Source: Minisyncoccota bacterium (GTDB lineage: Bacteria; Patescibacteriota; Microgenomatia; UBA1400; PJMF01). From it: 64,000 nucleotides of DNA. The translations under genes and the position numbers were made by a program. Shown piece by piece: positions 39,048 through 47,556 of this stretch; the stretch's first letter is position 1, and each line of letters starts with the position of its first letter. Where the stretch lies: assembly GCA_012515515.1 (NCBI GenBank), contig JAAYYE010000009.1, forward strand, positions 35,818-99,817. Reading direction: 5' to 3'. The notes below the pieces were generated by a model. The model worked only from the letters and a program-made list of their open reading frames with translations, had not been told where the DNA came from and ran no database searches.

Positions 39048-39992
39048 ATGAAAAAAACAAGCAAAATATATGTGGCCGGACACAAGGGCTTGGTTGGATC
39101 AGCAATTATCAGAAATTTAAAGTCAAAAGGATACAGCAAGATCATTACAAAAAGCAGACTGGAATTAGATCTATTAAACCAGGCGGCAGTTGACAATTTT
39201 TTTGCGACAGAAAGACCAGAATATGTCTTTTTAGCGGCTGCCAAAGTGGGTGGAATCATGGCTAATTCAAACTTTAAAGCTGATTTTATTTATGAAAATA
39301 TTCAACTGCAAACAAATATTATCTATGCTGCCTATAAATATGCCAGCAAAAAACTCCTTTTTTTAGGCAGTTCTTGTGTTTACCCAAAACTTAGTCCCCA
39401 ACCAATAAAAGAAGAATATTTATTAACAGGCCCTTTAGAGCCGAGTAACGATGCCTATGCTATTGCCAAAATAGCAGGTATTGCCATGTGTCAAAGTTTT
39501 AGAGATCAATATCAAGCTAATTTTATTGCGGTGATGCCGACTAACCTCTACGGGCCAAATGATAATTATAGCCTCACCTCCTCACATGTCTTGCCTGCGA
39601 TGATTAGGAAATTCCATGAGGCAAAAATATCTGGTCAGATACCCGTTACCCTGTGGGGTACTGGTAGCGCTAAAAGAGAATTTCTTCATGTCGATGATTT
39701 AGCTGACGCCCTAGTCTATTTAATGAAAAATTACAATGACAGAGAAATTATTAATATTGGCACAGGCAAAGATTTAACTATTATGGAGCTGGCAGAGATA
39801 ATCCAAAAAGTAGTTGGTCATAAAGGCAAAATAATTTGGGACAAATCAAAACCAGACGGAACACCACGCAAATTATTAGATGTCAGCAAACTTCATGATC
39901 TGGGCTGGAAACACTCAATTGACTTACTGAGTGGTATAAAAGCCTCATATTCCTGGTTTATTAAAAACAAGCATAGTCTTAAAGAGAGATAG
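39048..39992 (+). CDS. fcl: GDP-L-fucose synthase (GDP-4-keto-6-deoxymannose 3,5-epimerase/4-reductase)
   Basis: 314 aa. KIYVAGHKGLVGSAIIRNL N-terminus. SxxC/YxxxK SDR catalytic residues (GSSCVYP..., YAIAK). Confidence 0.85.
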   Translation: MKKTSKIYVAGHKGLVGSAIIRNLKSKGYSKIITKSRLELDLLNQAAVDNFFATERPEYVFLAAAKVGGIMANSNFKADFIYENIQLQTNIIYAAYKYASKKLLFLGSSCVYPKLSPQPIKEEYLLTGPLEPSNDAYAIAKIAGIAMCQSFRDQYQANFIAVMPTNLYGPNDNYSLTSSHVLPAMIRKFHEAKISGQIPVTLWGTGSAKREFLHVDDLADALVYLMKNYNDREIINIGTGKDLTIMELAEIIQKVVGHKGKIIWDKSKPDGTPRKLLDVSKLHDLGWKHSIDLLSGIKASYSWFIKNKHSLKER

Positions 39993-40015
39993 TTAAAAAT
40001 GAAACTTAATAATAA

Positions 40016-40702
40016 ATGAAAAGTGTTAAAAAATTAGCCATTGTTGTTTCAGTATATAACGAAGAAAAAAGAGCGCTAAATACGGTCAAAAAGATACTGA
40101 AGCTTGATAAACAAGCAGTGCTTGTTTTGGTTGATGATGGCTCAAGTGATAATTCATACAAAATTCTACAAGATGAATTTGGCAAAAATAAGCAAGTTGT
40201 AATTCTTCAGCACATTATCAATTTAGGAAAAGGCGCAGCCATGAAAACAGGCGTAGAAAAAGCTTGGCAAATCGGCTGTGATGCGGTGGTTTTTCTTGAT
40301 GCCGATGGTCAACATGATCCCAAACACCTTAATGAATTCAGAAAAGAATTAAAAAATAATGATTTAGTCTTTGGACGAAGAGCATTAGGGGTGGAAATGC
40401 CCATAATCAGAAGGTGGGGAAATATTTTAATGGTAAAACTAGTTAAACAGTTCTTCAATATTCAAAGATCTGATATTTTATGTGGTTATTTTGCTGTCAA
40501 GAAAAAAATTTATAAAGAAATTGAGTGGGATGAGCCTCGATATGGAGTTGAGGCGCAGATTGCTGCAATGACTGGAAAAAAGAACATCTCCTTTTCTGAA
40601 GTAAATGTTGATACAATATATATAGATAAATATAAGGGGCTGAGTATTTTTGAAGCATTCGGTTTTTTTATAAAGATCCCTTATTGGTATATAAAAAAAT
40701 GA
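40016..40702 (+). CDS. Soluble DPM1/ArnC-like GT2 (candidate polyprenyl-phosphate sugar synthase catalytic subunit)
   Basis: 228 aa. LAIVVSVYNEE...LVDDGSSDNS...DADGQHDP (GT2 DxD/DAD). It has no TM of its own. Confidence 0.65.
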   Translation: MKSVKKLAIVVSVYNEEKRALNTVKKILKLDKQAVLVLVDDGSSDNSYKILQDEFGKNKQVVILQHIINLGKGAAMKTGVEKAWQIGCDAVVFLDADGQHDPKHLNEFRKELKNNDLVFGRRALGVEMPIIRRWGNILMVKLVKQFFNIQRSDILCGYFAVKKKIYKEIEWDEPRYGVEAQIAAMTGKKNISFSEVNVDTIYIDKYKGLSIFEAFGFFIKIPYWYIKK

Positions 40703-41025
40703 CTATCGTAGGTGTACAAATCATTGTTTCCGCATTCGGTCTGCTCATGCTGTATAACTTGTTTATACACTGGAAAAAAGGTTCAATTGGCAATCGTGGT
40801 GCCATTGTTTGGCTAATTTTGTGGGCAGGCTTAATTTGGGTGACATTATTTCCAAAGTCTCTAGAACCATTAATCAAAGAATTATTTTTTATTAGGTTAT
40901 TTGATTTTATTACAGTGACAGCCTTAATAGTTTTAACTTATGTAATGTTTGAGAATCATATTAGGATAAACAAGATGCAACAAGAGATTGAAAAATTGGT
41001 TAGGAAATTGGCGAAAAAAAAATGA
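40684..41025 (+). CDS. Small 3-TM membrane protein overlapping the DPM1-like GT2 (candidate membrane anchor, DUF2304/GtrA-like)
   Basis: 113 aa with three hydrophobic helices. 19-nt overlap with the GT2 gene, and a 4-nt overlap with the downstream GT4. Confidence 0.4.
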   Translation: MVYKKMTIVGVQIIVSAFGLLMLYNLFIHWKKGSIGNRGAIVWLILWAGLIWVTLFPKSLEPLIKELFFIRLFDFITVTALIVLTYVMFENHIRINKMQQEIEKLVRKLAKKK

Positions 41026-42164
41026 AATCAAGGAGGCTTTTGGTTTTTTCACCCTATTATCCTCCGCATGTAGGAGGATTAGAATCACATGCTCAAGAAT
41101 TTAATGAAAATGTCTCAAGCTACTTTGATGAAGTTGTTGTTTTAACTACAGATCTTCCCGAAACAGGCAAATTTGTTGAAGAAGAATCTGCTACTGTTAA
41201 AGTTTATAGGTTTCCAGCAACAGAAATAGTATCTAACTTTCCGATTTTTAAGTTTTGGAAAAAGGATTTTTGGAAATTATTAAAAATAATTAATGAGACT
41301 AGATATAGTATAGTAATCTCTAGAACAAGATTTTTTTTAACTTCCTTAATGGCCCTAATTTTTTCAAAAAAAAATCACTATACATGGATTCATATAGAAC
41401 ACGGTTCAGATTATGTAAAACTATCTAATCCATTAACAACCCTAATAGCTCGAATTTATGATGAAAGCATAGGTAGGCTTATTTTTAAAAATAGTGATTA
41501 CAATGTTCCAATATCTAAGGCTGTTGATAAATTTATCGAGAAATTTGATAAAAGACCAAGAATGGTAATAACACGAGGTCTGAATATAAAAAATATCGAA
41601 GCAATAGAAGTCAATAAAGCAATATCCAAGAAATATAAAAATTTTACAAAATTTATTTTTTGCGGCAGACTTTACAAATGGAAGGGAATAGAAAGAAGTA
41701 TTTCTTTAATTAATCAGTTGTTAAAAGAAAACGAGAAAGTTGTTTTTTTAATTATCGGAGGCGGTGAAGATTATGAAAAATTAAAAAAATATAAATCAAA
41801 AAACATTGTTTTTTTGGGTAAAAAAAGTAGAGATGAGGCAATTTCCATAATGAAATGTGGAGATATTTATTTACACTCCTCCTATTCAGGAGGTGGCTTA
41901 TCGACATCTTTATTGGAAGCTATGTTGTGTGGTTGTTGTCCAGTGGCTACAAAGAATGAGGGAGCTAGTGAGGTTATATCTGATGCAGTTAATGGTTTCA
42001 TATGTAATTTTGATAAAACATTAGAGCTTAAGGATAAGGTTAAAACACTTCTTGAGAATGATCTATATAAAATTTACGGGAATAAGGCTAGATTAACCAT
42101 AATTGATAAGTTTAGTTGGAATAAAAGTATTAAAAATTATATAAAACTTTTTGAGGCAATATGA
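41022..42164 (+). CDS. Glycosyltransferase, GT4 family
   Basis: 380 aa. SGGGLSTSLLEAMLCGCCPV GT-B motif. Confidence 0.75.
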   Translation: MKSRRLLVFSPYYPPHVGGLESHAQEFNENVSSYFDEVVVLTTDLPETGKFVEEESATVKVYRFPATEIVSNFPIFKFWKKDFWKLLKIINETRYSIVISRTRFFLTSLMALIFSKKNHYTWIHIEHGSDYVKLSNPLTTLIARIYDESIGRLIFKNSDYNVPISKAVDKFIEKFDKRPRMVITRGLNIKNIEAIEVNKAISKKYKNFTKFIFCGRLYKWKGIERSISLINQLLKENEKVVFLIIGGGEDYEKLKKYKSKNIVFLGKKSRDEAISIMKCGDIYLHSSYSGGGLSTSLLEAMLCGCCPVATKNEGASEVISDAVNGFICNFDKTLELKDKVKTLLENDLYKIYGNKARLTIIDKFSWNKSIKNYIKLFEAI

Positions 42165-42967
42165 ACATTATCATTAAATTACCCTTAGTTTTGGCAGAAA
42201 ACGCCCTATTTTATTTTTTTCCAAAGTCAAGAAGATTGGTTGAAAAACTCTACAATCCTTATTTTAGAAAAAATTATGCTGAATATATACATGGACAATA
42301 CGCTTCTTTTAGTAAAAGCGTTAATAAATATAAAAGTTTAAAAAAAACACGTTTGCTTGAACTCGGTCCGGGAGCATCTGTTGGTTTCGGACTGTTGGCA
42401 ATTAAAGAGGGAGGTCTTGGAACCTATTATGCAATTGATGAAAACAATCATTTAAATTATAAAAAAACAGAGTCGTTATATTTAGACTTATTGGGCAATA
42501 AGAAAAATTTAGAAAAAGCTAAGAGTAAGGTTAAAATGATCTCATTCGCAAAAAATTATTCATACAAAATGGATAATTCTACTGTTGATGTTATATATTC
42601 ATGTGCTGTTTTAGAACACATTAAAGATTTAGAACATAGTATAAGTGAAATGACGCGTGTTCTTAAGAAGGGTGGTATAATGTATCATTCGGTGGATTTA
42701 AAAGATCATGTTTTTTCAAAAAAAAGCCTTTTCTTCCTCTTTATTCCTCAAAAAATATTTAATTTCTTATTTGGAAATACTGGGTTGTGGGTAAATAGAA
42801 TGCGACTATCAGACTATAAAGTTTTATTTAAAAAATATAATCTTAAGATATTAGATTTAAAAGTAAATGAGGTGTGGACTGATGATTTGCCATTTTATTT
42901 AAGAAAAAAATACTCTTTGAAAGATATTATTCATCTTTCTTTTGATGTGGTTTTAGTAAAAATGTGA
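42161..42967 (+). CDS. Class I SAM-dependent methyltransferase
   Basis: 268 aa. LELGPGASVG motif I, VDVIYSCAVLEH, MTRVLKKGG. Confidence 0.65.
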   Translation: MNIIIKLPLVLAENALFYFFPKSRRLVEKLYNPYFRKNYAEYIHGQYASFSKSVNKYKSLKKTRLLELGPGASVGFGLLAIKEGGLGTYYAIDENNHLNYKKTESLYLDLLGNKKNLEKAKSKVKMISFAKNYSYKMDNSTVDVIYSCAVLEHIKDLEHSISEMTRVLKKGGIMYHSVDLKDHVFSKKSLFFLFIPQKIFNFLFGNTGLWVNRMRLSDYKVLFKKYNLKILDLKVNEVWTDDLPFYLRKKYSLKDIIHLSFDVVLVKM

Positions 42968-42969
42968 CA

Positions 42970-43779
42970 CTAATTAATAATTAAATTGGGGTGCATTTTT
43001 TTGAATTCTTTTAGAGAGTATTTAGCTGATCTCCTTTTTACAATATTTATTAACATCCATTCTATGGATGTTGGAGAATATCTAAATACCATATAGCCGA
43101 TAAAGTTAATCAGTGTTTTAATCCCAATCGGATTAATAGAAAAATATTCTTTAATAAATGCCATGTTGAGCTTATATCTATTTCTAGAAAAATTATTTCT
43201 ATCACTTCTAATTCTATGAATAGATAGCGCATTAGGTATACAGTGTATTTTAGAAGAATTTCCACCTAATACGATCTTCTCAAAATGTTCATCACTAAAA
43301 GTAAACTTCTCATCATATTTGAAACCGATATTCCTAAACATTAAAGATATATGATTTACATAGTTAACTCTGAGAGGTTTCTTATCAAGTATTAAAATAT
43401 TTTTATGTTCGTAGTAAATGTAAGTTTGTGTTCCACAGCAAATTTCTTTTGGACGAGTATCTAAATAATTTACCTGTTCTTTAAGCTTTGGAGGAAGCCA
43501 TAGGTCGTCATGATCTAGTACAGCAATATATTTACCCTTGGCTTTATTAATTAAATAATTTAATCCTCCGTATGGTCCAATGTTTCTTTTTGATTTAAAT
43601 ACTTTTACTTTACTAGTCTTTAGCTTATGAATAATATCAACAGTATTGTCTGAGGAGTTATTATCAAAAATAAGAATTTCTATTGGCTGGTATTCTTGTT
43701 GAAGACAGCTATTTAAAGTGCTATATATATATTTTTGAGAATTGTGGGTTACGACAAGGACGCTAACTAGGTTTTTCAT
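42970..43779 (-). CDS. Glycosyltransferase, GT2 family
   Basis: 269 aa. VSVLVVTHNSQKYI...FDNNSSDNT...LDHDD. Confidence 0.8.
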   Translation of the reverse strand: MKNLVSVLVVTHNSQKYIYSTLNSCLQQEYQPIEILIFDNNSSDNTVDIIHKLKTSKVKVFKSKRNIGPYGGLNYLINKAKGKYIAVLDHDDLWLPPKLKEQVNYLDTRPKEICCGTQTYIYYEHKNILILDKKPLRVNYVNHISLMFRNIGFKYDEKFTFSDEHFEKIVLGGNSSKIHCIPNALSIHRIRSDRNNFSRNRYKLNMAFIKEYFSINPIGIKTLINFIGYMVFRYSPTSIEWMLINIVKRRSAKYSLKEFKKMHPNLIIN

Positions 43780-44795
43780 TTTTTATACGCGATTATGGTT
43801 ATTCTCCCAGACTGTTTTAAGAAAGACAACAAATAGGAAAAAGGTAGTGTTACCAAATGATAGAAAATATTCCATTTTAAAACTTTACGCGAAATTTTTT
43901 TTATAAATTTAGGTGAGCTACTATTTTCAATTGAAACACTTAGACTAGAAAACACAGATGAGAAATTCTTTTGAAAAATAATTTTCTTTACGTAAAAATT
44001 ATTTTTTTCTAATAACATCGTAATACTCTTCGGAGTAAAGTGATATAAATGGTTAGGAAGATGTAGTCCGTGCCAATTTTCTTTAAATAGTTTAAATTCC
44101 CAGCTAGCAGCATTTGGAACAGACAAACAAAATATACCATTATTTTTCAATACTCTGTGTATTTCTAATATAGCTTTGTTCAATTCATGAACGTGTTCTA
44201 ATACCATCCAACCATAAACAATGTCAAGACTACTGTCTTTGTGTGGAATATTAGTCAGATTAGATAAATATGCATTTATATTATTTTTTTTAAGATAGTT
44301 TATATTGGTTTCACTAATATCTACTCCTGAAATATTCCAATTTGGATACAGAGTTTTCAATTCGTACAAATAATTACCAGCGCCACACCCAATTTCTAAT
44401 ATATTATTTATTTTTTTATGAGTGAGTAAATTAATATTATGTTGTGGATCTATAATGCTATAAATCAATGGATATTTCAATCTAAAATTAGCAATTGTAA
44501 CTGATTTTTTAAAATCAGGATGATAAGGAATATACTTAATTGGATAATATTTTTTTATTTCTATTAAATTAGGTCTTGGATTAGTTAGTAGCAAATGACA
44601 ACCTGTGCATTTTACAATGTTAAATTTTCCTTGAATTTTGTTGATATTGTCTTGACCAATTAAGATATGCGTAAATTTGTGATTATTGCAAATCGGACAT
44701 CTTACCTTTTCCATTATTATTATTGTACTATAATAATAATGGAAATAAATATTATGAATATATTGGTTACCGGATCTGCTGGTTTCATTGGACAC
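43776..44795 (-). CDS. Class I SAM-dependent methyltransferase with N-terminal zinc ribbon
   Basis: CPICNN...CTGCHL zinc ribbon. ILEIGCGAGNY motif I, LDIVYGWMVLEHV. The probable true start is the internal Met (MEKVRCPIC, ~44714) that lies in the palindrome. Confidence 0.7.
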   Translation of the reverse strand: MSNETSRSGNQYIHNIYFHYYYSTIIIMEKVRCPICNNHKFTHILIGQDNINKIQGKFNIVKCTGCHLLLTNPRPNLIEIKKYYPIKYIPYHPDFKKSVTIANFRLKYPLIYSIIDPQHNINLLTHKKINNILEIGCGAGNYLYELKTLYPNWNISGVDISETNINYLKKNNINAYLSNLTNIPHKDSSLDIVYGWMVLEHVHELNKAILEIHRVLKNNGIFCLSVPNAASWEFKLFKENWHGLHLPNHLYHFTPKSITMLLEKNNFYVKKIIFQKNFSSVFSSLSVSIENSSSPKFIKKISRKVLKWNIFYHLVTLPFSYLLSFLKQSGRITIIAYKK

Positions 44796-45743
44796 AAAGT
44801 TTGTGAAGAGCTAATTAACACTGGAAACCATGTTATTGGCTTGGATAATATGAATGATTACTATGATGTCCATCTCAAAGAATACAGATTAAGATCTTTA
44901 AATAGAAGTAATGCATTTAAGTTTATTAAACTTGATATTGAACATTATGATGATTTAGAAAAAATTTTTAAAGAGTATAAGCTTAATGCAATCATAAATC
45001 TGGCAGCAAGAGCTGGGGTTAGGTACAGCATGCTTAATCCACTCATGTATTTTAATACAAACACAATTGGCTTGTTGAATATTTTAGAGTTAATGAAAAA
45101 ATATAAAGTTAATAAAATAGTCCAAGCCTCAACGTCTTCATTGTATGCTGGTCAGGCACTTCCCTTTAGTGAGGAATTAGCAGTAAATGAACCACTGTCA
45201 CCCTATGCAGCCTCAAAAAAATCTTCAGAAATGATTGCATACACCTACTACCACTTATACGATATTAATGCCACAATCGTAAGGTATTTTACCGTATATG
45301 GGCCAGCTGGTAGACCAGATATGGCGGTATTCAAATTTATAAGAGATATTATTGAAGAAAAGGAAATAGTAATAAATGGCGATGGAACGCAAACAAGAGA
45401 TTTTACTTTTATAGATGATGTTGCTAAAGGAACAGTTTTAGCTTTAAAACCAAGGGGTTATGAAGTAATTAATATTGGTGGTGGGTTGGCAGCTTACTCC
45501 TTAAAAGATTTAATTAATTTAATAGAAAAATATTCTAATAAAAAGGCCATAATTAAATATAGTGGATTTTCCAAGGCAGACATGAAGCACACGCTGGCAA
45601 AAAGCACTAAAGCCAAAGACATGTTAAATTGGGAGCCAAAAGTTGATTTTAGCGAGGGAATAAAGAGAAGTGTTGATTGGTACATGACAAATCGAAGTTG
45701 GGCAAAACTGTCTACATCAAAAGATGATTATTTGGGAAAATAA
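44667..45743 (+). CDS. NAD-dependent sugar-nucleotide epimerase (UDP-glucuronate 4-epimerase-like, SDR)
   Basis: NILVTGSAGFIGHKV Rossmann motif, GLDNMNDYYDV (as in UDP-GlcA 4-epimerases), YAASK catalytic motif. The true start is likely 44739 or 44754; the track start adds an implausible 24-aa extension. Confidence 0.7.
   Translation: MRKFVIIANRTSYLFHYYYCTIIIMEINIMNILVTGSAGFIGHKVCEELINTGNHVIGLDNMNDYYDVHLKEYRLRSLNRSNAFKFIKLDIEHYDDLEKIFKEYKLNAIINLAARAGVRYSMLNPLMYFNTNTIGLLNILELMKKYKVNKIVQASTSSLYAGQALPFSEELAVNEPLSPYAASKKSSEMIAYTYYHLYDINATIVRYFTVYGPAGRPDMAVFKFIRDIIEEKEIVINGDGTQTRDFTFIDDVAKGTVLALKPRGYEVINIGGGLAAYSLKDLINLIEKYSNKKAIIKYSGFSKADMKHTLAKSTKAKDMLNWEPKVDFSEGIKRSVDWYMTNRSWAKLSTSKDDYLGK
44709..44744. 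repeat. 36-bp near-perfect palindrome (15-bp arms, 6-bp spacer) containing both divergent start codons
   Basis: TTCCATTATTATTAT-TGTACT-ATAATAATAATGGAA. The plus-strand ATG is at 44739-44741 and the minus-strand ATG (CAT) at 44712-44714, symmetrically placed. Confidence 0.85.
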
Positions 45744-45758
45744 ATTTTAATATCCACT

Positions 45759-47534
45759 ATGAAAGAATTTATAATGAAAAATCAGAAAATATCAAACATA
45801 TTTTTTTCTCTAGGAATTTTTATAATTTTTCTGTTTATTTTTTTTGTGCCACCTTTTCAAAAGCCTGACGAAGTGGTTCATTTCTGGAGAGCTACTTCGA
45901 TAAACCATCATTTAAATTTAAACACTAGTCAAACAAAAGTTTTAAAAAGACTTTATGATTACCCCTCAATTAACAGAATTGGCTCGATAGCACACAATTA
46001 TTCTCTAAAATACCCCTGGAAACTAGCCTGGCAAAAAGATCCCAGTAACGAGCTGGTTGAATATACCCCCGCCCTATCTCTAGCCTCTTTTATTTCCTAT
46101 TTACCTGTAAGTATTGGAATAAATTTGGGTTCTTTTTCAGCATATCCAGCCGTTTCTTTTTATTTAGGACGTTTGTTTAACTTATTATTTTTTGCAATTT
46201 GTCTTTATTTTTCAGTGAAACTTTTAGCTAAAAACAAATCTCTATTATTCCCCTATTTATTGATCCCTATGCTGTGGTTTCAGGTGACTTCTATAAGCCA
46301 TGATGTGGTGCCTTTAGGTTTAGGTTTAGTGTTGTTTTCTTATTTTGTATCTCTTTTTACTTCAAACAAAATTGATAACAAAAAAATTTTGATATTTATA
46401 TTATTATCTTTTTTATTTTTAATATCCAAGCCAGGATATTACTCTTTATTTTTATTACCCTTGTTATTGATCGTAAAAAGTTGGAAGCATCTGAATAAAA
46501 ATCAGAAAAATTTTTATTTGCTGTCTAGCCTTGCATTATTAGTTTTTTTACTAATTGTCTTTTGGAATACTTTTTCTAATGTAAGAACTTCTAAAACTGG
46601 TGGATATGGTGCAATAAGTCAATTTGATTTACTCAAATCTAATCCTCTTTATTTTTTTGATGTATTTAAGTCAACTATGCGTGCTGGACTACCCGACTTT
46701 TGGCTTAAAAGTTTTTGGGGAATTTTTGGATGGTTGGATTATGATTTAAACTTTATTACTTATTTGTGCATTGCGTTGTTATCTTTTTATTCAATTTATA
46801 AATACATTAAAAGCAATCGTATAGAAAATATAAGCTGGTTTAGCATTATCTTTTTGGGAATGATTATTTTTGGAGGAATTTTCTTAATCATAAGCTCCTT
46901 CTACTTTACTTGGTCCCCCGTTGGAGCAAAGATAATTGATGGGGTACAGGGTAGGTACTTTTTGGTTTATTTTCCTTTCTTAATTTTTTGGTTAAAGTTG
47001 TTACACGACAAAATTGGCGCTGTTAAGTTTAAAAATCTGTTATTGGGCTTAGGAATGGGTTTTATTTCTTATCAAATACTTTCCACAACTTATTATCGAT
47101 ACTATGATTATTCTATGTCTTTTGGCAATGACAGTTTAATAGAAAATAAAATTGAAGCCCTAAGTGAAATTGTAGAAGAGGAATTAGATAATCAAAGAAT
47201 AACTTTATTTATCGGAGATGATAAATTTAGTGGCTTACAATTCTTTATGAAAGAAAAAGAAGAGGAAGAAACAAAGAAAAAAAGCGCAATTTATCAATTC
47301 ACTGTATATGATGGTGAGTGTAGTGATAAATCAAAATTACTTTTTATTGATTACGAAAATAGTGAATATTTGCGAAAAAACAGAACTATTCCACTTAAGA
47401 GAGTTATTAATCCAAAAAATGATTATATTTGTGTTGCTATAGATAAACTCTCTAGAGAAGAAGGGTCTAAAGAGACATTGATTATAAAAAATGAAGACGA
47501 GTATTTACTCTACCCCCTGTTAATTTCGCGATAA
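45759..47534 (+). CDS. Polytopic membrane protein, DUF2142-like (putative GT-C-type glycosyltransferase)
   Basis: 591 aa, ~12 TM. N-terminal PFQKPDEVVHFWRA motif resembling the DUF2142 PDE-x-x-H signature. Soluble C-terminal domain (~120 aa). Confidence 0.45.
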   Translation: MKEFIMKNQKISNIFFSLGIFIIFLFIFFVPPFQKPDEVVHFWRATSINHHLNLNTSQTKVLKRLYDYPSINRIGSIAHNYSLKYPWKLAWQKDPSNELVEYTPALSLASFISYLPVSIGINLGSFSAYPAVSFYLGRLFNLLFFAICLYFSVKLLAKNKSLLFPYLLIPMLWFQVTSISHDVVPLGLGLVLFSYFVSLFTSNKIDNKKILIFILLSFLFLISKPGYYSLFLLPLLLIVKSWKHLNKNQKNFYLLSSLALLVFLLIVFWNTFSNVRTSKTGGYGAISQFDLLKSNPLYFFDVFKSTMRAGLPDFWLKSFWGIFGWLDYDLNFITYLCIALLSFYSIYKYIKSNRIENISWFSIIFLGMIIFGGIFLIISSFYFTWSPVGAKIIDGVQGRYFLVYFPFLIFWLKLLHDKIGAVKFKNLLLGLGMGFISYQILSTTYYRYYDYSMSFGNDSLIENKIEALSEIVEEELDNQRITLFIGDDKFSGLQFFMKEKEEEETKKKSAIYQFTVYDGECSDKSKLLFIDYENSEYLRKNRTIPLKRVINPKNDYICVAIDKLSREEGSKETLIIKNEDEYLLYPLLISR

Positions 47535-47556
47535 CTGGCTATTAATTCCTACAATA

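Noticed and set aside
44600-44850. The palindrome as a multiple-displacement-amplification inverted chimera or assembly artefact
   Set aside because: The arms are only 15-17 bp and do not form a long inverted duplication. Both flanking genes have intact, plausible N-termini: a zinc ribbon on one side and a Rossmann beta1 strand on the other.
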